Origin: a virus
Lineage: Duplodnaviria; Caudoviricetes
Length of the DNA stretch: 32,846 nucleotides
Strand: one strand, 5' to 3'
Virus record (IMG/VR): IMGVR_UViG_3300033508_000635
Coordinates: 1 to 32,846 of that record
Position numbers and translations under genes: made by a program. The notes under the pieces were generated by a model. The model was given only the letters and a program-made list of their open reading frames with translations. It searched no databases and was not told where the DNA came from. Positions 27,015 through 32,846 of this stretch are shown here, one piece after another (positions within the stretch are counted from its first letter, which is position 1; each line of letters starts with the position of its first letter).

Positions 27015-27335
27015 ATGCTGAATATTAAAGTAGGTCAATTAGTGATTATAGTGAGCTATCACGGAGTTCAATCTGTTGAAAAAGTGACCAAAATAGGTAA
27101 GAAATATTTCTATACTACCGGTAATACCAAAGGTGGTGGTCCTTATATCAAATTTAATCGTGAAACCGGTGCAGAATGTTCCGACTATACAAATGGCACC
27201 GCGTATGATAGTACTCAGTCTTTTACTCGAGCTATGCAAACTATCAGAATGCAAAAAGAACTAAAAGATTTCAATTGGAATAAATGCTCCTACGAGCAAT
27301 TAGTAAGTATTAAGTCAATTATAATAAACCTTTAA
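27015..27335 (+). CDS. Hypothetical protein, SH3/KOW-like N-terminus
   Basis: IKVGQLVII...VTKIGKKYFY. Confidence 0.7.
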   Translation: MLNIKVGQLVIIVSYHGVQSVEKVTKIGKKYFYTTGNTKGGGPYIKFNRETGAECSDYTNGTAYDSTQSFTRAMQTIRMQKELKDFNWNKCSYEQLVSIKSIIINL

Positions 27336-27345
27336 ATTTTGTTTT

Positions 27346-27558
27346 ATGCAAACACCCGAAATTGGTGCAGTATATGCTACCCGTGATTCACATAAAGTAG
27401 CTAAAGTAACCGCTATTTTATCAGCTCAAGTAGTTGCAGTAGAGTACTATAAAAAAGAAAACTACGAGAATGTGCAGAATGGAAAAAAAGAACCTTTGAT
27501 AAAAATAAGTTCAGGTCGAGGCCTCAACGATATTTTAGGGCGCAAAATTTCCAAATAG
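27346..27558 (+). CDS. Hypothetical protein
   Basis: Tightly packed ORF followed by a terminator. Confidence 0.65.
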   Translation: MQTPEIGAVYATRDSHKVAKVTAILSAQVVAVEYYKKENYENVQNGKKEPLIKISSGRGLNDILGRKISK

Positions 27559-27571
27559 TTAACTTAAATAT

Positions 27572-27605
27572 AGGTCGTTACTTCGAATAGTGGTAACGAC
27601 CTTTT
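27572..27605 (+). terminator. Intrinsic terminator
   Basis: 10-bp stem AGGTCGTTAC / GTAACGACCT followed by TTT. Confidence 0.7.
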
Positions 27606-27623
27606 GTATTCAATCTTTAAACC

Positions 27624-28181
27624 ATGAAAAAATTAATTATTTTTTTAGTACTGATTCCTTTTTACTCACATGCGTCGATATATGAACGATGTATTCAGCA
27701 TTTAAAAAAATCAGAATCTTTAAAGCTCGAACGATATTTATGTCCGAGTAATGCGGAAACAATCGGCTACGGGCATAAATTAAAACCGAATGAATATTTT
27801 ACCATCATAACGGAGAAAGTCGCGGACAGCTTGCTAAAATCAGATTTTAACGCATGTATTAAATTCATATCTAAAAAGCATCCTACAATAAGTCATCAAA
27901 AAAAATTATCTTTGGCTTGCTTCGTATTCAATTTAGGTGTCGGTGCATATTTAAAAAGTAGTATCTATACTAAAGTTCTGAATAACGAACCTATTGTCGA
28001 TAAATTATTGGAGTATCAGTATTATACCAGTCATGGTAAAAAGATAAAGTCTACACATTTATTGAAGTCCCGCATGTTTGAGGCTTCAATATTTATAGAA
28101 TCTGTGCAGAAAGTACAAAAAAATAGAAAAACCTTTAAAAAAACCGAATATGTTGAAAATTATTATTATGGTACCGGTTGA
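27624..28181 (+). CDS. GH24 phage lysozyme with N-terminal signal sequence
   Basis: E31-X8-C40-X5-T46 triad, TIGYGH, FVFNLGVG; N-terminus MKKLIIFLVLIPFYSHA. Confidence 0.88.
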   Translation: MKKLIIFLVLIPFYSHASIYERCIQHLKKSESLKLERYLCPSNAETIGYGHKLKPNEYFTIITEKVADSLLKSDFNACIKFISKKHPTISHQKKLSLACFVFNLGVGAYLKSSIYTKVLNNEPIVDKLLEYQYYTSHGKKIKSTHLLKSRMFEASIFIESVQKVQKNRKTFKKTEYVENYYYGTG

Positions 28182-28374
28182 GTACCTTAGTGCATTATTT
28201 ACCGAGCTTGGAACTTCAGTAAAAAGCTCAGGTGGTAAAATCAGTGGTGGTGAATGTAAAGTTGTTATTGAACCACGCGACCAAAAAGAAGAAGAAGTGG
28301 TACGTATACTTAAAAAATATTCTGATGTTAAAAACAATTCCGAAAACAGCTCAACTCAGATACCGAGCGAATAA
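28150..28374 (+). CDS. Hypothetical 74-aa protein
   Basis: Bridges the lysozyme and helicase genes with overlaps; alternating beta/alpha pattern. Confidence 0.55.
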   Translation: MLKIIIMVPVEYLSALFTELGTSVKSSGGKISGGECKVVIEPRDQKEEEVVRILKKYSDVKNNSENSSTQIPSE

Positions 28375-29974
28375 ACCGGTAATCGAATTAACGGTACCTT
28401 TCGACAAAGACCTTATAAATGCAATTAAGGGCATCCTCGGTTCGTATTATCTGAAAAAAGAAAAAAAGTGGTATTTACCGGGCGTATTGGTTTATGCATT
28501 TATTGTGCAACGATTAAAATTTATTTTAGGTGAGTCTTTACGAGAGTGGGCAAATAATGAGTACTCAAATCAAAGATTAATTAGTAATGGTCGGGTATAT
28601 CTGAACCATACAATATACCCCTATCAATACAAAGGTATAGCTACCATTGAAGCCTACCAAGGTCGATTATTATTAGCGGACGAAATGGGCTTAGGAAAAA
28701 CGGTACAGGTAATCGGATATTTGAGTCTACACCCTGAGTTTAAACGAGTATTAATTGTATGCCCTACTACTCTTAAACTTAATTGGCAACGAGAACTACT
28801 CTACTGGTCAAGTAAAAAATCGGTAATATTAACAAGTCAAACGCCTGAAGAAATAACCGAACGCATCAGTATTATTAATTACACTATTTTACAATATTGG
28901 AGTAAAGAACTACTTAAAGTAGAGTGGGATTTAATAGTGTTCGATGAAGTACATTATGTAAAGACCTTAGGTACCACTAAAAAGCCTATACACCGTACTC
29001 GCGCTGCGTTTGAGCTATCGAAAAAAGCAGAACATATTATTGGATTAAGTGGTACTCCCATCGAAAATAGACCGCGTGAATTGTGGGTACCATTGAAAAT
29101 GATTAACCCGGTATTATTCCCGGTTGAATGGTCCTTTTATATGCGTTATTGCGACCCTAAAAACAATGGTTTCGGCATGAATTTTAATGGTGCATCCAAT
29201 ATGTCTGAGTTGAACGATTATTTGAAGACATTCGTTATGCTGCGTCGTAAAAAATCTGAAGTATTAACCGAACTGCCCTACAAAATAATCAAATCAATTT
29301 ATTTGGAACTATCGAATAAAAAAGAATACAGCCGAATTGAAAACGATTTTATTAGTTACGTTACAGAAAAATTTGGTGCAAAAATCGACGAAGCTATTAA
29401 AGCTATGTTTGCACTTGAAATCGGGTCTGCTATCGACACCGGTAAAGTATCTGAGCTAAAAACAAGTATTATTCTGAATAAAGCCAATATACTTGCAAAA
29501 ATTGAACTATTGAAACAATTGGCTATTTTGGGTATACTTGACGACATTTGCATCTGGATTGACGATTTTATCGAAACCGGTGAAAAATTAATTGTATTTG
29601 GTATTCATAAAGAAATTTTGGACAGATTATATTTGAAGTACAAAAAAATATCGGTTAAAATTGACGGTTCGGTTTCTGCAAGGAATCGGCAACTGGCGGT
29701 TGATTCGTTCCAAAAAGATTCAAATATTAAATTATTTTTTGGTAATATGGAAGCTGCTGGTGTCGGTATCACTTTGACGGCTGCGTCAAATGTTGCTATA
29801 CTTGAATACCCTTGGAAACCGGGCATTTTAGCGCAAGCTATCGACCGTGCACATAGAATCGGACAAAAGAATACCGTAACCGTATATCAATTCGTTGCAG
29901 CCAACACTATTATGGAAACCGTTATTAAGGTACTAAATAAAAAAATGAGTCTTATCAATTCAATACTTGACTAA
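28325..29974 (+). CDS. SNF2-family helicase (SMARCAL1/HARP-like)
   Basis: LLADEMGLGKT, DEVH, LSGTPIEN, QAIDRAHRIGQ. First in-frame ATG is at 28325. Confidence 0.92.
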   Translation: MLKTIPKTAQLRYRANKPVIELTVPFDKDLINAIKGILGSYYLKKEKKWYLPGVLVYAFIVQRLKFILGESLREWANNEYSNQRLISNGRVYLNHTIYPYQYKGIATIEAYQGRLLLADEMGLGKTVQVIGYLSLHPEFKRVLIVCPTTLKLNWQRELLYWSSKKSVILTSQTPEEITERISIINYTILQYWSKELLKVEWDLIVFDEVHYVKTLGTTKKPIHRTRAAFELSKKAEHIIGLSGTPIENRPRELWVPLKMINPVLFPVEWSFYMRYCDPKNNGFGMNFNGASNMSELNDYLKTFVMLRRKKSEVLTELPYKIIKSIYLELSNKKEYSRIENDFISYVTEKFGAKIDEAIKAMFALEIGSAIDTGKVSELKTSIILNKANILAKIELLKQLAILGILDDICIWIDDFIETGEKLIVFGIHKEILDRLYLKYKKISVKIDGSVSARNRQLAVDSFQKDSNIKLFFGNMEAAGVGITLTAASNVAILEYPWKPGILAQAIDRAHRIGQKNTVTVYQFVAANTIMETVIKVLNKKMSLINSILD

Positions 29975-29976
29975 TT

Positions 29977-30129
29977 ATGAAAAAATATTTTATTGCATTA
30001 TTTATCGTAATTTTAATTATGGTAATAAGTATACTAATATGTAATATACTTTCGATAAACTACTACCAGTACTCCTTTTTAATTGGTTGGGTTTGCGGAT
30101 TTATTTTTCGTTTAATATCTAAAAAATAA
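29977..30129 (+). CDS. 50-aa two-TM membrane peptide (not in ORF track)
   Basis: MKKYFIALFIVILIMVISILICNILSINYYQYSFLIGWVCGFIFRLISKK*; exactly fills the helicase-primase gap. Confidence 0.7.
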   Translation: MKKYFIALFIVILIMVISILICNILSINYYQYSFLIGWVCGFIFRLISKK

Positions 30130-30133
30130 CAAT

Positions 30134-31024
30134 ATGGATATTATTTCGTTATATAAAGATTATAATGTGCACTATGTGACCGAAGGGCATAAACATTGTC
30201 GACCCGGTTGGGTGCAGGTTCCCTGTCCTTTCTGCACCGGTAATCCCGGTTACCACTTGGGCTATGATACCATTTTGGACCGGTATGTTTGTTGGAGGTG
30301 CGGTGGTCATTATCCGCCTAAAGTTATTGCAACTTTATTGACAATTTCGTTTGGTGAAGCAATGAAAGTAATACATACCTATGGTAGTACTATTCGAATT
30401 GAAACCGTTAAAAAAATCGGCAAAAAGATTTTTAAGTTACCTGAAAGTATGATATTACAAAAGAACCATCGTAGCTATTTAGAACAGCGAAATTTCGACC
30501 CAGACAAGTTAATACAAGAATGGAATATTACGGGAACGGGGGTTTATGCCAAAGTAGGTAAAATTGATTATAAACACCGGATTCTGATACCATTTACTTG
30601 GGATGGACAGATTGTATCATTTGATAGTCGTGACATTACTAATCGAGCTAAAAATAAGTATATGGCTTGTGAAGAAGCCCGGGAAATAATACCACATAAA
30701 CATATATTGTATGGTAGATCCGATAAGTGGGGTAGTACCGGTATTTGCGTCGAAGGACCTACGGATGTCTGGAGAATGGGAGTTAACTCGGCCGCAGTAT
30801 CAGGTATTAAATACACTATATATCAAGTACGTTTGCTTGCAAGTTTATTTAAACGAGTGCCCGTTTTATTCGATGGTGGAGAGTCCCAAGCTATTACTCA
30901 GGCGAATAAATTGGTTGCTGATTTGAGGTTTAGAGGAGTAGATTCCTTTCGAGTTGATATAACCGGCGACCCTGGCGGTCTCAGTGAAGAAGAAGCCAAA
31001 TACCTTGTTAAACAATTAGTATAA
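30134..31024 (+). CDS. DnaG-type DNA primase (zinc finger + TOPRIM)
   Basis: CPFC...H...CWRC zinc finger, RILIPF, VEGPTD, VLFD, GDP. Confidence 0.85.
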   Translation: MDIISLYKDYNVHYVTEGHKHCRPGWVQVPCPFCTGNPGYHLGYDTILDRYVCWRCGGHYPPKVIATLLTISFGEAMKVIHTYGSTIRIETVKKIGKKIFKLPESMILQKNHRSYLEQRNFDPDKLIQEWNITGTGVYAKVGKIDYKHRILIPFTWDGQIVSFDSRDITNRAKNKYMACEEAREIIPHKHILYGRSDKWGSTGICVEGPTDVWRMGVNSAAVSGIKYTIYQVRLLASLFKRVPVLFDGGESQAITQANKLVADLRFRGVDSFRVDITGDPGGLSEEEAKYLVKQLV

Positions 31025-31078
31025 AATTTTCATAACATTTTGTAAATATGTATATTTTTTTATTTCGAAAAATTGCCC

Positions 31079-31086
31079 TATCTTTG
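31079..31086 (+). promoter_or_regulatory. Bacteroidota-type -7 box upstream of the initiator leader
   Basis: TATCTTTGCA in the intergenic region. Confidence 0.7.
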
Positions 31087-31099
31087 CAGTCAATAGTTG

Positions 31100-31206
31100 A
31101 AATAAGGCCTATACGAGCAAATGTAAGCCTTATTTTTTGGTTGTTATTAAGTATAAGGGCGTTTGTTGAAGTGATTTGCTCCACTGAGACATTCCGCCCT
31201 TTTTTT
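31100..31206 (+). ncRNA. Structured leader RNA: two hairpins with complementary loops
   Basis: Stems AAATAAGGC/GCCTTATTT and AAGGGCG/CGCCCTT; loops GAGCAAAT (31115-31122) and ATTTGCTC (31174-31181); both followed by T-runs. Confidence 0.7.
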
Positions 31207-31226
31207 ATTCTAAAATTTGAAAACTT

Positions 31227-32081
31227 ATGCAAACTATAAGAATACCCGATGCTATAAACGCGAGTAAAAACAAATCATTTAGTATTGTCCCTACCGATAT
31301 TTTGCGTAACCCTTTAATCAGCGCAAAAGCGAAGACAATAATAAGTATTTTACTATCAAATCAAACCGGTTGGACCTCGTATATTGATTCACTAAAGCAA
31401 ATGATGCTCGAAAAAAAAGACAGTATTCAGGGAGCATTACGCGAATTGGAAACTCTCGGTTATCTGAAACGCATTAAATACCGAGACCACGAGAGTAAGA
31501 AATGGAAAGGTAGTTTTTGGGCTTATACTGATTCACCTAATAAGTTCGATATAACAGAACAAATTGATTTCTTAAAAAAGCAAAATATGGAAGTTATTTG
31601 TTTTAATGAAAGTACCGAAGGAAAAACCATAACCGGATTTCCCATAGCTGGCTTTCCCAGAGCTGGGAAATCGGCCTCTAATAATATTAATAATAAAAAT
31701 AAATCAAAAATAAATAAATCAATTTCGTGCGGAGCAGACAAAAAAATCAGAAACAATCACTTTGATTTATTTTGGAAATTATACCCAAAAAAAGTGAATA
31801 AAGGGTACGCCCTGACCACTTGGAATAAATTAACCACTAAAAAAGATGCTCCCACATGGAAACAAATTTACATTGCAATTAAAGAACAAAAAGACTCAGG
31901 ACAATGGCAAAATCCCAAATTTATACCACACCCGTCGAGTTGGTTAAATAATTTAGGCTGGTTGAACGATGCAAGTCAAATGTTAGGTGAATATAGAACC
32001 GAAACAAAAAAAATAGGTAACACAATAGGAACAAGTATAGACTACGCAAAATATGAACAGAAGCTCGTTGTGGGATACTGA
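31227..32081 (+). CDS. Phage replication initiator
   Basis: N-terminal wHTH (FSIVPTDILRNPLISAKAK...ALRELETLGYL), repeat linker, C-terminal FDLFWKLYPKK...FIPHPSSWLN. Confidence 0.85.
   Translation: MQTIRIPDAINASKNKSFSIVPTDILRNPLISAKAKTIISILLSNQTGWTSYIDSLKQMMLEKKDSIQGALRELETLGYLKRIKYRDHESKKWKGSFWAYTDSPNKFDITEQIDFLKKQNMEVICFNESTEGKTITGFPIAGFPRAGKSASNNINNKNKSKINKSISCGADKKIRNNHFDLFWKLYPKKVNKGYALTTWNKLTTKKDAPTWKQIYIAIKEQKDSGQWQNPKFIPHPSSWLNNLGWLNDASQMLGEYRTETKKIGNTIGTSIDYAKYEQKLVVGY
31623..31724. other. Putative replication origin inside the initiator gene
   Basis: Three repeats at 15-nt period (core CCAtAgCtGG), the palindrome TTTCCCAG-AG-CTGGGAAA, then an almost pure A/T tract. Confidence 0.65.
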
Positions 32082-32595
32082 GAAGTCTCCCGAAGTACTT
32101 AAAAAAGTACCGTTACGCATATCCACTTTTTTATCTGATTTCAAAGTGAATGAAGAAAATGTAGGAAGTGCTTATTTATTTGGTGGTGCTCGAACCGGGA
32201 AGTCGGTTGAGGCAGTGCGAAAATTATTACGTTGGCATAAATACCAATTTATTAACCGGTTAAATTATTCATTTGAGTACATAAATATTCCAACTTTATT
32301 GTCTCACTTGCGCACCAATTTACATAACGAAAGTTCGATAATTGAACAATACCAAAAATGTAAGCTTTTAGTATTGGACGATTTCGGTGCGGAAAAAATG
32401 ACCGACTGGTCGTACCAGGTCTTGTACTTAATAATTTCGTACCGATATGACGAAATGCTACCAACTATTTATACTTCGAATTTAAACCTACAAGAATTGG
32501 CTAATAAATTGGAGGATGACAGGTTGCCGAGTAGAATCTTACAAGACTGTGGACCAAATATTTTTAAATTCGAGAATAGTCCATATTTCAAGTAA
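32053..32595 (+). CDS. DnaC/IstB-like AAA+ helicase loader
   Basis: GGARTGKS, LLVLDDFGAE, YRYDEMLPTIYTSN, RLPSRI. Confidence 0.9.
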   Translation: MNRSSLWDTEKSPEVLKKVPLRISTFLSDFKVNEENVGSAYLFGGARTGKSVEAVRKLLRWHKYQFINRLNYSFEYINIPTLLSHLRTNLHNESSIIEQYQKCKLLVLDDFGAEKMTDWSYQVLYLIISYRYDEMLPTIYTSNLNLQELANKLEDDRLPSRILQDCGPNIFKFENSPYFK

Positions 32596-32688
32596 CCGGG
32601 CTACTTCTTACGATTTTTATTGAAGACGATAAAATCGTTAATTCAGATTAATAAATTTATTACATAAAGTTGTTTATACCGTACAATT

Positions 32689-32846
32689 ATGATTGAACGC
32701 AAAATAATTATTGGATTAATCACCAATTTGGAATTTTTACAAAAAATTCGAAGTTTATGGAATCCTCACTATATTGAATCCAGTACAGCTAAATTGATAG
32801 CAGGTTGGGCCATTGATTATTATGACACATATAATACTCCAATTGG
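32689..32846 (+). CDS. Replicative helicase N-terminus (DnaB/T4 gp41-like), 3'-truncated
   Basis: MIERKIIIGLITNLEFLQKIRSLWNPHYIESSTAKLIAGWAIDYYDTYN..., open to the window edge; follows the loader gene. Confidence 0.55.
   Translation, partial: MIERKIIIGLITNLEFLQKIRSLWNPHYIESSTAKLIAGWAIDYYDTYNTPI

Larger units (their letters stand above)
1..32846. mobile_element. Tailed phage or prophage genome segment (siphovirus-like, probable Bacteroidota host)
   Basis: Canonical terminase-portal-head-neck-tail gene order on the - strand and replication genes on the + strand. No host housekeeping genes. Bacteroidota-type TAnnTTTG promoter boxes. Confidence 0.96.

Noticed and set aside
28232-28324. Track's upstream GTG start for the SNF2 helicase (also the longer starts at 8437 and 15101)
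   Set aside because: They create long overlaps with neighbouring genes. Downstream ATGs at 28325, 8386 and 15068 fit better.
25688-32464. Minus-strand and nested ORFs in the early arm, including 31008-31232 and 31048-31239
   Set aside because: Shadows of + strand genes. The 31.0-31.2 kb region is better explained by the promoter and RNA structure, although a leader peptide cannot be fully excluded.
32053-32595. IS21 element suggested by the IstB-like ATPase
   Set aside because: No IstA transposase or terminal repeats. Its position between initiator and helicase indicates a helicase loader.
1-32846. Stop-codon reassignment as in some Bacteroidota phages
   Set aside because: Genes are full length and tightly packed in the standard code, and TAA, TAG and TGA all end genes.

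Overview
A 32.8 kb, AT-rich segment of a tailed phage (siphovirus-type), most likely infecting Bacteroidota, judged by three + strand TATCTTTG promoter boxes (two with a TTTG-N21 upstream element). The minus strand (309-25360) carries an almost complete morphogenesis operon: terS, terL, portal, MuF minor head protein, scaffold, decoration, capsid, neck, tail tube, frameshifted chaperones, tape measure, Dit, hub, fibres and membrane proteins. The plus strand (25584-end) carries an early/replication arm: small ORFs, a signal-peptide lysozyme, SNF2 helicase, primase, an initiator with an internal origin, a DnaC-like loader and the start of a helicase. No integrase, repressor, tRNA, CRISPR array or reverse transcriptase was seen. 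The most notable points are: (1) an 830-aa MuF head protein with two C-terminal toxin-like domains in tandem (a degenerate ADP-ribosyltransferase and a GNAT-like fold), followed by a small gene and facing an inserted early-promoter cassette; (2) a two-hairpin leader upstream of the replication initiator whose 8-nt loops are perfectly complementary; (3) a duplicated ~75 bp promoter cassette; and (4) apparent near-absence of GATC and CTAG. All family assignments come from motifs recognised by eye, not from database searches.
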